Of a stretch of DNA of 64,000 nucleotides, positions 26,796 through 42,700 are shown in pieces. Source of the DNA: Paramecium tetraurelia (Eukaryota). Location of the stretch: the NCBI GenBank assembly GCA_000165425.1, contig CT868629.1, positions 124,001 through 188,000 on the forward strand, in the 5' to 3' direction. The notes below the pieces were generated by a model. That model was not told the DNA's origin. It worked only from the letters and a program-made list of their open reading frames with translations, and made no database searches. Positions within the stretch are counted from its first letter, which is position 1. Each line of letters begins with the position of its first letter. The position numbers were made by a program, and so were the translations under genes.

Positions 26796-27427
26796 TGAAG
26801 AACTATGAGTTGTGTTATGAAGTAGCAATTTGTTAATTAGATGAATGATTATTAGATATGTGTAAGATATGGTTTTAATATAATTTAAATCAATATATAT
26901 ACCAAGATGAATTTCTAACTTAATTGGTCGATTCGGCCTCTCCTTAATAATGTATTGAAAATTTAGATAATATTAAACAAGTGAAAAGCTTCAATAGTTT
27001 CTTCCACATAATAGAAGTTTAAATCTCGAATAACTGATTTTATAAGACAGACATAAGAGGCAGATAACCTTCTAATAAAGTTCAACTAATAAATCAATAT
27101 AAAACTAATTTTATAGAAGGCAAAGACTTCATCATAATATTAATAGATTAAATTAACTGATAATTAGTTGCTGACTAGAGTGACTGAATTTCATTTAACG
27201 ATATTAGCACTACAAAACTAATAAATTAGATATTGATTACATCTTGGAAATTGAATTAATAATTGAAAAATAAAAATATAGGCACCAGTGCAAAAGTCTT
27301 AAAGAAATTTAGACTAAATGAATTTCCTATTAAACAAAAAAACAAGTAGCCCTCTTATCAAGGATGCAAGAATTAATTAAATTGTAGATTTATTATACAT
27401 ATTAAAAAGAGTTTATTCGGACACTGA
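26796..27427 (+). pseudogene. Possible decayed gene
   Basis: A single coding-like frame (DEFLTQLVDSASPQQCIENL...) interrupted by about four TGAs. Confidence 0.3.
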
Positions 27428-27487
27428 TTTATATTCATATAGCTATATATATACTAATTTTAATAAATTAGTTACCAAATTTTACAT

Positions 27488-29106
27488 ATGGGATTGTGCT
27501 CATCCAATAAAAATTAAAAGCCCATCTAATAATCTCAGATGACAGCTTCTCAACCTGATCATAGTAATATAGTCTTACAATATTTATAGCCAATGTTAAG
27601 TAGTCAGAGACCCAACTGACAAAACCAACCAAAACTGGCATTCCTTCGATAATTGCATTCCCGATTCATAATTTTGTAAAGGAAGAACTGGATCCTCCAA
27701 CTCCTTAAAGTTTCAGGCATAGTTTTCACATAATACCTGAAGTTTAGAAGTCGCTCGAATTTAAAACTGGATTTTTTAAAGCTTATTCTGTAATAACAAA
27801 AAATTGTAAAACTTAATAATAAACCATTAGAGGATGAAAATACACTTGTGTGTCAGCATAATAAAACTGCTGAATTAGTGTTAGTCTATTGCTTGGATCC
27901 AAACAACAATTTAGATTAGTAATTTATCAATTCAATAAAACAAAATTAAATTGTAATTAAAAATATTATTTTAGGATAATAATTGCATATGTTAATTTAT
28001 TGAGATATTTAATGAAAATAAAACATTATACTTGGTATAAGAATATTGCAAAGGAAGCAAATTATCGAAATTGTTAAACTTAGAAAGGTCTAAAATACTA
28101 TTCATAATGTCATAATTAATATAGATTCTCAACTAATTGGACACTCATCACTTATATCATGGACAATTATCTATTGATTCATTTTCCTTAGTTGATGAAA
28201 AAAGTTATTATGTTAAACTAACAGATATTAAGCCGATATATGCATAACATAGAACTTTAGAACCATCCAAAGATTTAGATGACTAAATTACATATAAGAG
28301 GTATTAGCCTCCTTAGGAACATTCATCCATAAAATCTGATGTATTTGCAATGGGCATTATATTTCATCAATTATTAACTGAGAAGTTGCCTGAAAAAATA
28401 AAAATAATTAACAATCAACCTGTTTGGAATCCCCTAACAAAATTGCAAGATGAGAATGATGAAAAAATGAAGAAATTATTAAAATCGATGATGCTATTAG
28501 ACAATTCAAAGAGAATTTCAGTATAATAATTAGCTGAAAAGAAGTTCCTTAGTATACTTAATAATAAGGATCTGATTTAGGAATTTTTGGACAAGATTTC
28601 TAATTGTCCTTCTCTTAATTATTTCCAAAAAGTGATTTTAAATTTTATGATTTCAAAATTTTAAACTTAGGAATGCAAAATTATCAAACAATTATTTCAA
28701 ATTTTAGATGAAAATAATGAAAACTTTTTACATGTAAACCAATTGGAATAAATTTGCAAAAATTCTAATGAGAATAAGGTGGAATTCAAAATTGATTCTA
28801 AAGCGGCTAATAATAAAAATGATCAATAAAAAAATGGAAAAAAGATCTCAGATAATGACTTTTTGATTGCCTTGAGCAATAGGGATAAATTATTAACAGA
28901 GGAGTATTTAGAAACTACATATAATTTACTTAAGAATTAAAATGGTTTATTGAGTGCAAAATCAATCAATAAAAAAATATATATTGATTAAAATTAATTA
29001 ATCAATGAATTGGAGAAAATATCATTTAATGGATAGGTATTAATATTTTTTTATAATTTAGATAACAATCAATGAATTCAAGGATATTATGTAAATTTTG
29101 AAATGA
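27488..29106 (+). CDS. CDPK-like kinase plus degenerate EF-hand protein, probable pseudokinase (copy 3)
   Basis: MGLC start, HGQ in place of HRD, VKLTDIK in place of DFG, KSDVFAMG, RIS; degenerate EF-hand-like tail (FQILDENNE, NDFLIAL). Confidence 0.75.
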
Positions 29107-29460
29107 ATTACACTTTTTTATTTTATGTATATATTCTCAATAATATCTAAATATTTTTTCTCCTTGACTTAAAAAGCAGCAAAAACAGCTATAATTTAAG
29201 TGATTGTAATCAATGGGTCTTCCTAAGTTTACTCAAAAAGTGATTTTTTTGAAATCCATTTTCAATTAGATTTGATGAGCAGTGTTGATTAAAGTTAATA
29301 TTCCGTGATTCTAAACAAATACTTGAAGAAAAAGGAGTTGTATCTTTTTTCAAAAGAAAACAATTAGTACTAAAATTAGATTAAACAAATTACAACTTAA
29401 AAAACGCAGACTTTAGTTTATTAGATAATAAATAAATAAATTCAATAATAATTATTCGTT

Positions 29461-30999
29461 ATGGGTTCTTGTAACACCAAAAAAAAAGAAAAGAAACAAT
29501 AATAGGTTGTTGTAACCACATAGGCATCTCAAGATAAACCTAGAATCGAGAGAAAATAATAAAAAATATAAACCATTACTCCAATTCTCGCTAAGACAAA
29601 TTTGTCAGACACCATAAACGAGTCAGTTATTTCAAGTCGTTCGATAAATAAAGGTCACGAGAGACAGAAAAACCTAATTTAAGTAAGACCTGGACTTTTC
29701 AGAGTCTATACTTTATTGGGAAATAAGGCAGACTCTTTTTTGGAAAATTTAGAAGAAAGACAAATAAAAATAGTTTAACATAATGTTAGTGGAATTAAAA
29801 AGAGAGTTGAAACTATTGATAAATAGATTACTTGGGCAGAGGATTGTATATCACAAATCTAGAAAAACAGATTGGTATTTAAAAATTTAAATCTAGTAAA
29901 ATGAATATATCTGTCCAATAACTAATATTTACGAAGACCCAGAGAAGTACTACCTGTTATCAGATTATTGTAGTGGTGGAAGTCTAAGTACCTTAAAGGG
30001 GAAACTAAAAGATAGTTAAGTAATGATCCTCTTAAATTAAATGGTATCTGCCATCTCTTATTTACATTCTAAAAGAATGGTTCATGGAAAATTGTCTTTG
30101 GATAGTTTCCATTTACTGAGTGATTTAAATAGTTTATTTTGTAAATTGGTTGATGTGGCCTGTTTATTTAATTGTAATCAGCAGGTTAAGATAGAGCCTT
30201 CATTAGAAGAATACTCTTAGGATGTTTATGCTTTGGGAGTGATTGGTTATCAATTATTGACTGGATAAATGCCTCTATACATAAATAGAAATAATGAATA
30301 AGAGAACAATGAAAACCAAAATGAAATTCTATATTTTAAGGAAGAGACCTCACCTTCTTTAAAAAGAATTTTGAAGAAGATGTTAGAAAAAAAACTGAAT
30401 GAAAGAATCACTATGGATGAAGCAAAAAAATAATTGTCCAAAAATGAATAACGAAACAATTATTAGGAAGTTTTAATAAAACCATTATATGTTTTATCAA
30501 AATGTAAGCCAAGGAATTATTTTCATGTCATAATTCTGGCTTTTATGCTGAACAAATTCAATCAGGAGGAGGAGTGCATGCTATAGAAAATATTCAATGA
30601 TGCAGATCTTGATTATGATGGGCTGTTGAAGAAAGATGATATTCTTAAATTATATAAATCGGTTGTTGAATATGAAAGCATTAATGTGGATATTTAGCAA
30701 CTTTTCTAGAAATTAGCTATTACACATCAAGATTCAATAGATATAAATGAATTTATCTCAGCATCTTTAAATCTCGAAGACTTAATGTCATAAACATATT
30801 TAGAAACCTGCTTCAAATATTTATAGAATTAAAATGGATTTATAACTTGTAAAAGTGTCAAGAGGCATCTTGAAATCAATGACAAATTATTCATTTAAGC
30901 AATTGAAGAACTTAAAGGCCAACACAAGGTACATTATTAATAAATATATTATAGTTGAATTATTCCGAATTCTTAGAGATTATGAGATAACTGTTGTGA
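29461..30999 (+). CDS. CDPK-like kinase plus EF-hand protein, probable pseudokinase (copy 4)
   Basis: MGSC start, YLLSDYCSGGSL, HGK in place of HRD, DVA in place of DFG, DVYALG, RIT; EF hands DLDYDGLLKKDD and SIDINEFI. Confidence 0.8.
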
Positions 31000-31276
31000 T
31001 TCTAACAATTGATTTTAATAGAGTTTATATTTGTTATTATTACTCAATAAATAAGCTTGAAACAGGTTTTTTACAAATGCTCTGATAACGAGTATAAAAA
31101 TTAAAATAATTAATTTTTAGAAGGGTAATTTCAGATGATTAATTCTTAAAATAAGAGGAGTCTGAAAGCCGAATTATATCAATTATATTCATAAGTTTAT
31201 TAGACTTTTACGATTTCAGCTTCATTTTTAAAAAAAGAAATATCTTAAATGAGAATATTAAATAAATATGAAATAA

Positions 31277-31499
31277 TCAAAGGTCTGATTGTTTACGTCT
31301 TTATGGAGAAAGTCTTCTTTACACAATAGGATTGAGTTATATTTTGAAAATTTCCTTTTTCCTTTCCAATTGAGCAATAGGGCTAAATTAAATGAGTTTA
31401 TTACCGAGAAGCATCTCCATGAGATTTGTTATCTTGATAAACGGTATCAACTGATTCTAAATGCTACCTTTTGGCTGGATTTTATTATACACATCCCAT
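31277..31499 (-). CDS. 66-aa microprotein with MGC N-terminus and NPIVQRR motif
   Basis: Removing the 22-nt intron GTAATAAACTCATTTAATTTAG gives MGCVQQNPAKRQHLESVDTVYQDNKSHGDASRPIAQLERKKEIFKIQLNPIVQRRLSPQRRKQSDL*. Confidence 0.7.
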
Positions 31500-31910
31500 T
31501 GAATTGGCTTGTTTAATTAAAAATAAATGAATGATAAATCTTTTTAATCATAACTATTATTAATTTAACAATGTGTTTATATTGAATATTTTTGGATTGA
31601 ATGATTGAGAATATTTAATGAAATAATGTAATTCAGTAATATTTATACTGATATTTCATAAAATTAATATCTTAACATTAGGATGATGAGGCAAAAATTA
31701 GGTGTAGATTTAAATATGTATATAAGTAATAATTAAACGACTAGAAAGACAGAATAAAAAAAAATCTAATTAGGATAAATTCAACCATAATCATATTTCA
31801 ATACTATTGGATATTTTGATTGTAATTATTTATTTATTTTACAATGAAAGAGATATCATATGGCAATAAGAATTAAAAAAGAATGATAGTGATGCATTTG
31901 AAAATTTAAT

Positions 31911-33903
<1,993 letters not shown>

Positions 33904-34634
33904 TTTAAAAATTAACTGTTAAAAATAATTATGAAGAAACATAAATCCAACATCAAGTACGAAGACAAAGATGAGAATCCTTTTTTATTGTTCAAAATGT
34001 AATAATCTATAAATCTTAAGGAAAATGTCAAAAAAACTATCAAAATCATTTCCAATATCCTTTTAATAATTAGGCATGAAATCTTGCCTCTAAATTATAA
34101 TAGTAAATGAAAGATTATCTCTGTCTTACAATCTAATTTATTTAGAGATCGATGCAATTAAATCAATTTAAGATTATGAAAATTAAATATTGAATATGAA
34201 TAACTTAAATTTACACATTCTACTTAATATGAATAATGAATCTAATAACTTATAATAAAACTTTATGCCTGTGATTATTAATTTAATCTTTAGTTTTTTA
34301 AGAGTATTATGAAGAAATTAGAATCTAAGGTAAATTAATTGTCATGATAGTGATAATTATGGAAATAAGTTAATTACAAGTTGATTTTTCGTTTATGTGA
34401 ATTAAATATTAAATTAACTCTACAAGAGACAGTTATAATTCAAATCAAATTGTAATCTATTAATAGTTCAATAAGCTCTTTCTTTTATAAGGTTTGCAGA
34501 AATGAAATTCTTTGAATTTTTTGTTGTGTTACAAGATCTAAATTTAGAAAGAATATATCTAAATTAATTAATGATTGACTTTATGGCATTATTTAAATGA
34601 ATTTGTAGTGTCGTTGAATAGTTGAATAATATTT

Positions 34635-34937
34635 ATGAATTAATAATCAAAGCATAAGTCTCTCCCTCCCAAAAAAATAATACCTAAACACAATGAGTTC
34701 AAAGATATTGAGCATTGTCCATAAGCAATCAAGCAAATCATTAGTAATAGTAATGCTTCTCATACTAAAAATTTTCATAAATCTGCAGAAAAAGATCACT
34801 AACAACCACAAGAGAAGAAACATTTGCATTCTACTGTACAACAGTACAATCAAAATGTTGGCAAGATGTTTACGTCTACTAAGTATGGAGTCGCATATAT
34901 GTAAAAAAAAGTCATGCATAATATTGATTAACTATGA
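34635..34937 (+). CDS. Small hypothetical basic protein (~100 aa)
   Basis: Intronless frame MNQQSKHKSLPPKK...VMHNIDQL* under the ciliate code, flanked by AT-rich spacers. Confidence 0.5.
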
Positions 34938-35215
34938 TTTATTTGATCTATATCATAATTTCTGTTCCTATACACAATCTGGTGTCTCATCTTTAAAGTA
35001 AGTTTACTATCAATTTTTCCATTATGATTTTTTTTAATTTAATTTGTTGGATACTCATTTGAGTAATATAACATTAAGTATTAGTCATTTTAATCTTAAT
35101 TTTATTTATTCCCATTCGCTGAATTAATTACATATGTATTCAAGTGATTTTCCTCATATATCCTATAAGGAAATTAATACAAATATTTAATACTATTTTT
35201 TAGTACCATTAATAT

Positions 35216-36704
35216 ATGTCAACCAATCAATCTCATATTCGATCTTGGTAGCAAATACTATCAGACATTTCTTCATGCATGATCCAACTGTCTTTGGGCT
35301 ATATTTGTGTTGAGCTGATGATGTCAATCAATTTACACTTTCTTAATCTACATACAACTAAAACCAATGTTGCAGCATTTGGAATTGCATGGATGATAAT
35401 CACTATATTGTTACTTCCCTTTGGAATAGGTATCATAAATTACAATACTATCTAAGGTCTTAATCAAGCTTTGAACACCTTGGCGTCTTAAGCCATCGGA
35501 ATGGGAAAAAATAAACTATCACTCATCTATCTAAATTTCACTCTTTCTTCTCATGTCATCATATTTATCCCTCTGCTCCTAATGATTTTATGCCTCAAAA
35601 CTCCATTTAGCTATTTGATAGTAGAAGACAGAGAAGAAACCATAAACACAGCATGGTAATTGTTATAAATATATAAAATTTAGGGAACTCATAGTACCAT
35701 TATCAATCACTTCATTGGCCTTATTGATATTTGAGGGTTTGAAGAGCTATTTGATATCATGTGAAGTGTTTAGACCGTTTATGGTTATTCATCTAATCAC
35801 TTTAGCACTTCATGCTTTTTGGTGTTGGTTATTAGTTTCAAGCTACGGGATCTATGGAGTTTGTATTGCCACCTTAATATCAGAATGTACAAACATACTA
35901 TTGTTATTGCTTTATGTAAAATAAGAAGAAGAACTTTAAATAAAATTTAAATCTTTTCAATTCAAATTTCTATTGCTATCTCATTTTCACATTTATAAAG
36001 AATACATTAAAAATACAATTTCAATAATAGTCCATATTTATTTAAACACAGGCATATTTATTATTTTGTCATTTACAGCCATCTCTCTTGGTATTGATGC
36101 AACCAATGCATAATTAGCCTTATCCAACACATCATCCTTATACTTCAGGGTGCCACTTTGCTTATCAATAGCCTTGATGACTTATGTAGGCAATCAAATT
36201 AGTCAATAAAACATAATGAATGCCAAAAATTATATTAAATATGGCCTTATATTATATTTCAGTATTCTAGTGGTCATCATGATGATCTTCTATTTTTACC
36301 ACTTAGAATGGGCTCACTTCTATACAAAGGATCAAGTTGTTTAAGAAATGTTATTGAAAACTCTACCGTATTTCCTATTGGGTAGTGTGGCGATAGATGG
36401 AATACAGATAGCCTTAAGTGGAGCACTTAAAGGACTCGATGAGGGTAAGTTGGTTTCAAATTACACATTATTTGTTGCATATTTTGTGGGTATCCCACTA
36501 ATTCTAATATTAACTTAAATATTCGATTTTGGTTTAATTGGGATTTGGTTAGGTTTTGGAATATGTAATTTTTTATTGTCCTTATTATTTGCTCTCAAAT
36601 TATTGAAAATTGATTGGGATGTTTAAGCTAAACATATCAAAGAAAAAGTTGATAAGTAGTCTCAATAGATGGAAACAACGACCGAATTATAAGATTTATG
36701 TTGA
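35216..36704 (+). CDS. MATE family efflux transporter
   Basis: VAAFGIA..GLNQALNTLASQAIG, YVGNQI, IDGIQIALSGALKG, YFVGIPL, FGLIGIWLG; about 12 hydrophobic segments; two tiny introns. Confidence 0.9.
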
Positions 36705-36770
36705 TGATAAATTTTATAAATATATGTGTATAATAATAAATTTTATAATATTTTGTATATGCTAAAATTC

Positions 36771-39700
36771 TCATACTTCAATCATTTCAAAGAAAATATT
36801 CGTAGCAGGATTCACAAATATTTTCACTAAAATAGTTTACAAAAGGCCAGTTGCTCCAGTTAAACTGAGTTAAACAGCCTTGAAAACTATTAAAAGTTTG
36901 ATGGGGTCTGATACACAATGAGTGTTCAGGAATCCCATAATGAAATTAAGTCCCCACATATTAGACCTAGTGATATCTCCACCTGAATCGCTTGCTTCTA
37001 ATGCCATGGAAATAAGGATGAAATATATTAACAATGTAGTTAAGCCTATAAATATTCCCCATCCTATCTATCTAACGACAAAGACCTTGTGTGGCATCAG
37101 GAACAGAATTACAAACATTTCAAAGTTGGATAATATGGCAGAGAACACACTGAATATAATTGATTGTAAAGGTTCTAAAGGAACTTAGAAGAAGATGTTA
37201 ATGTAGCAGGTGTTTAAGATGGTCATGTATAATACACAGAATCTGATTGGACGAGGTAATCTTCTTTCAAATACTAAAAAGATGCATAACAATTTGTGGA
37301 ATAGAGCCATAAACAATAGCACATTTGTAAGGGAGAACTTAAGTTGACAACCACTTTCTAAGAATTTTCTTCTTTTATAATCCCTATGCCATTCTTAAAC
37401 AATTTGTTCTTTGATTTCATAAGGTGGCTCTGGTTCTTCTTTGAGATCATCCTCATCATTTGACACATCCAAATCATCTTATAGTTTCAAATTAGTTTTT
37501 CTTTTAACTCTCTTTCTCTTTTTTTTTGCCTAATTTCTATTTTATTTAGGTTCTATGATTTCAGACTAACCAGCCTCTTTGATGTCATTATCAAACGAAT
37601 CTTCTTGGTTATTTTTAGCGGGTTGGTTCATTTCAGTCACTTTAATTGCACTTAGAGCGCAACCATCATCATCTTGAAGATTAGGCAATTCATTAGTATA
37701 TATTTCAGGACAGTATGGTGGAGTACTACTACCCTTTACATGTATGACAGGGGATTCTTTCAATTCTGGATGAAGCCCATATTATTAACTCTCTCCCATA
37801 TCACATTAAGGTGGTTTTTCTTCTTCTTCTTCTTCTTTTTACTATTATTCTTATTGATTTTATTATTCTTATTATTATTCTATATCTTACATTTAGAATT
37901 GTTACTCTAATTCCTAATTGAATTATTCTAGATCAGCTATGCTTAATGATTTTATGCATTATTATTAATCTGAGAAGATCTAGGATTGTTATTGTATTAA
38001 TTATTATTATTGTTATTACTATAGTTATTGTTATTGCTATTATTTAATGGATGTATTTTTTTATTTTATATTTTCAATAGATAAAGAATAGTTAAAAAAT
38101 TATGGTTCTAATGAATTGAAATATTAGGCTACTTCAGGTTCATCCTAACCATGATCATGCTTTTACTCCAGAATATTTTCAGGAACTTCATAAATACTTT
38201 CCATGTTATCACTGTTTTCACTATCTTCTTCATCATAAACCATTTAATTAGGATTTAGATCAGACTCATCAGAATCAGAATTATCAGTTAATTTGCTTTT
38301 ATTTTGGACTTCAATATTTATTGGTTCTTTTGCTTCATTAATTTCTCTAATTTTCATTAATTCTTCTGGTTCAATATCAGGCTAGATCATAACTATATCT
38401 TCGGGAGCATTTTCTTTTAAAGGGAATTGTTGATTCTGAATGTCTTTTTTCTAGGGATGCAACTCAAAATTTTGTTCTTCATCTTCCTTTTGTTAATCCT
38501 ATTGCAACCTTAATTATTCTTCATATTCTTTTTGAAGCTTTAATTCCATCTCCTTTTGTTTTTCCATTCTCAATTTGTGTCTTTCCACTCTTTTGAGTTA
38601 GTTTTCTTCAGCTTTTATTCTAATAAACTCTGATTCCACAAAATGAGGAGCTAGTAATTTCTATTCAGTATCTTCCTTATCCTTTTTGAATCCATATTGG
38701 ACTGACAATACTAATGCAGTAGTCATAAAAGCCAAAGCATAGACGATGACTGATTTGTAGAAGGGGAAGTTTAGCAAGGCCAGTAAAGCCTCCACTGAAA
38801 AAGCTTTAGCGAATTTATCGAATGCTAGAGCATCAGCAATATCATCACCAACTGATGTAGGTGTTAGTTCTTCACATTAGCATGTGATCGTTATAGCTCC
38901 AGTTGCATCAACTATCTAAATAGATTTACATTTCCCTCCTCCTCCACTCCAGTTTCCATCTGCACTTTTTCCAATACAAAATATGGCTTAAGATTATGGT
39001 TCTTCATCTAACTCATATAAATCTTAATAATATTGCATGTTTCTTCTGCCATAAAGTCTTCTGAGCCTTCTTAATCTTGCTGCTTTTTTAGCTGCGGTGA
39101 CTCCAAAGGACATAGGTATTGGTTATTTTGGAATAATGACTGATCCATTGGCTAATTTTGGTTCAATATTTTAGACAGATGCTGGTAATGATCGACTTGG
39201 GAATGAATCATCAGTTGCATAAGGATTATCAGTAAATTCAGCTTAATTGTATGTAACAGTTTAAATGTTAGTTTCATCAGATGATGCGGACTCATCATCA
39301 TCGCTGATTTTGATATCTTTCTTTACTTTAGTGGGATCTGCTCCTGCCAAATATTCAGCCATCCTTGAAGGAGTAGCAATAGATGATTTCATGGAGAATG
39401 ATCCACCTGAGAATACTTTAGGAGGTGCATTGGGATCAGCAGTCTATGTTAAACCAAATTTGACTGATTCTTGGACTTTGAACAATTTTGCATTATTCTC
39501 CTTCATTTTTTACCAAGCCTCATCAGTTGAATTGGTTGTTGTTGTGGTAGTAGTACTGGTTGAGACAATAGAATCAATTTAATTCTATCCAGCTGCCAAG
39601 AGTCCGTTTAATAACCCAGCTGTTCTCATGATGTCATTTTGAAGATTCTCTTTTATTCTAAACGATTTGAAGTCAGCATTGCCATTTTCAATATCTCCTT

Positions 39701-42700
39701 GGAGATTGCCTACTCCAGTGGTACTACTAGAAACAATACTATCTGCTTTATCTAATTCAGAATCCATATTTGCAGAATTCATATTTAATTGGATATCTTC
39801 ATCATTCATCAATTCTTCAATGGATTTAGTGAGAGCACTCTTCGTAGCAACACTGACATCTTGAGATTGCAACTCTTTAAGTGATGCCAAAATACTTTAT
39901 TTAAGTGTGACTAATTTAGCCTATTCTTGTGTGATAATAGCAGTTTCATTAGCATCTTGATCAGCAGTTGGATTATCAATCGTGATATCTTTAACACCAA
40001 TAGCAAGAAGATTTAATAAATTAATTTATTCTGGAATTGTCAAAGTTGTTCTATTCTAATAAAGTTTTATAAGCTTATCTGTTGCATCTGTAATTTCTAC
40101 TAATTATCTTGATCTGAAGAAATAGGGCAATGGGGAGAATTAGTCTTTTTATGATTCTCTCTTCTTCAAATATTCAGCGACCTAAATTTTATGTTTAAGA
40201 TCAGCTAGATTCAATCCGACTACTACTGAAGATGTAAGGTTTGTTAATGCTCCCAAGGAATCTGATACTGATACCATTAGAATTAGGAAGGGTTGAGTTA
40301 CAGCTGAATCCTTCAAAGGATTTGGTAGGATAGTAGATAATTCGTTGTCACTTGAGTAATCTAGTAAAAGAATCTGATTCAATAAACTTGCCCTCAAAAC
40401 ATCATTATTGTATTGGGTTGGCGAGTAATAGAATGTAAACTTATAAGTGAATGGAGTATCACTATCTTCACAATCAGTAACTTTCATGGTGAATTAGGTA
40501 TCAAATGAAATACCGCTAATAGGGGAAATGCTCATTCTACAACTTCTAGGTGGTAGATTAATGCTAATAAGCAATGTTGTTGTCGAAGGCATGAAGAATT
40601 GGGGATTGTACACTGATGCTCTGAATCCCAATTAAGCAAGGTCATTTAATTCATAGAAGCTATCCCAGAACTTTATTGTTATTGATGTGAAGAAGAATCT
40701 CAGTGTAGCTACTACATTGAAATCATACACTATTGCACCGCCATAGTACAGACTATCTGGATTATTAGTGGGATATAAGAATTTAATGCTGATTTCTTAA
40801 TTCATGTTGACCCTCTTTGATGTTAAATATTCAGGTCTCTTGAGTTCTAAAACTGGAATGTCTAATTCTACAATAACAATTACTGCCTAAGCGATTTCAA
40901 ATAGTTCCCCTTTAGTTCCATTCAAGTAGAAGTTATAGGCATTATAAGGTACAAGTCTTTTTGCTGCCACAAGTTAAGTATTGGTTCTATTGAGTGGGAT
41001 TTCCTCATCATAAACATTTGCACATGGTAAATTAGTATTGAGATTCACACATTTCCATACCAACGCAATTCCTACACTCTAATCAGTTTTAATATTGGGA
41101 TCTTTAGCCCATCCATTTATATACAAAGGCACAGCATATCCATTCATTCTATTTCCTCCTTCAATTTCTACTTATAGCCCTTAAGTTTATATAGTGATAT
41201 CGACTGTATAATTAGCTGAAATTGGTTTTGTTGTTAGAGTAGCTATCAATGTTATTGAATATGTGAATCCACCTCTACCTTAATAAGGAGGAATTTCAAA
41301 TTAAACAAACTGAACATCAGAAGGCTTTGTACCTACAAGAGTTTGGATATCTTAGAGTAAATATGATTCCACATCTCCTTTCTTAACTTTATTTGACGTC
41401 CATTCATAGTTGATTTTGGAAGGTATAATTTCTGTAACTCCAGATATGCAACTTTAATGAATAATAGTACCTGTTAATTTGATTCTTGCATTTGTGAAAT
41501 ACACATGTGGAGCCAGTTCTTCAATTTAAACATATGGTGATTCATAGGTTGTAGTTGATAATGTATACTCTGAACTGAATTCTGTATTCAAGAAGTTAGT
41601 AAATGTGTATTTAAATACATATTTTGAATATTCTGATAAAAACATAGGTGGTATTTCAATCTTGTTGATCTTAGCAGAATTAGCAGCATCAAATAAACCT
41701 TGAATTCTTCCTCTGGCACTAGAATTTTCTGGTTCAATAGAGACTATTGACCATGATTTCATATTCAATCCTCGACCACCATCATTAAAGACTTAACTTG
41801 GGAAAAATGTGATCTTACTACATAAATTACTAAATTAAGGGCCTGTAAACTTCACAGAAGCAGGAGCAGGAGTATCTGGGCCATTAATTTTGGCAACTAG
41901 GATATTAGTATAGTATATTCCTAAACAATCCTTCCTTCCAATTACTGATTTCAAGTTCAAAGTAATAGTTGCTCCAATCAAGAATTAGGCATTATTTCCA
42001 AAGACAACTATCAACTACTTTTAATTGTTTGGATCCACATTACACAAAGGCTTTCCACTCCCCAATTTGGCAAATCCATCTTCATTAAACAATTTTTGAC
42101 ACACATCTCTGCTAGGGATAGTAGCATCATTAATTCCCTTAAATATAATTATTCCACCGAATATTATTGTCATGGACTCTAAGCTATCCCTCATTTTAAT
42201 ATAAGGTACTCCATACTCGCAAGTTCCACATTCAGCGTATCCATGTTGTCTTCTATCAATACCTGTTGCTGGACAATTACAGATCTAGAGTAAATTTGGG
42301 CCTTCTCTATTACCAGCACAAGTTAAACATCCCTATTTATTGCAAGTCACACATTATAAGTCACATTTCTAACATTTATCATTGACATCATCATCAAAGT
42401 ACCCTGCATCACAAGTGCATTGTTCTGTAAGTATTCTATTCCCTCTACATTTCAAACAATTGGAACTTGAGCCAGAGCAGCTTGTACATTTAAAGTCACA
42501 TTAAGGACAATTTGTGGATTTGCCATCTTCATACAGCCCATCTTAACACAAACACAACTTATATAGTGGATTATCTGGTAATAGTGCTGAGTATCTGTTT
42601 CCTTTGCAAGTTGTGCAATAGTTAGATTTAACTGCGCAAGTAGAACACGTAAAATCACATGTAGAACACATTTCCTTTTGATTCGATGAATCTTCATATT

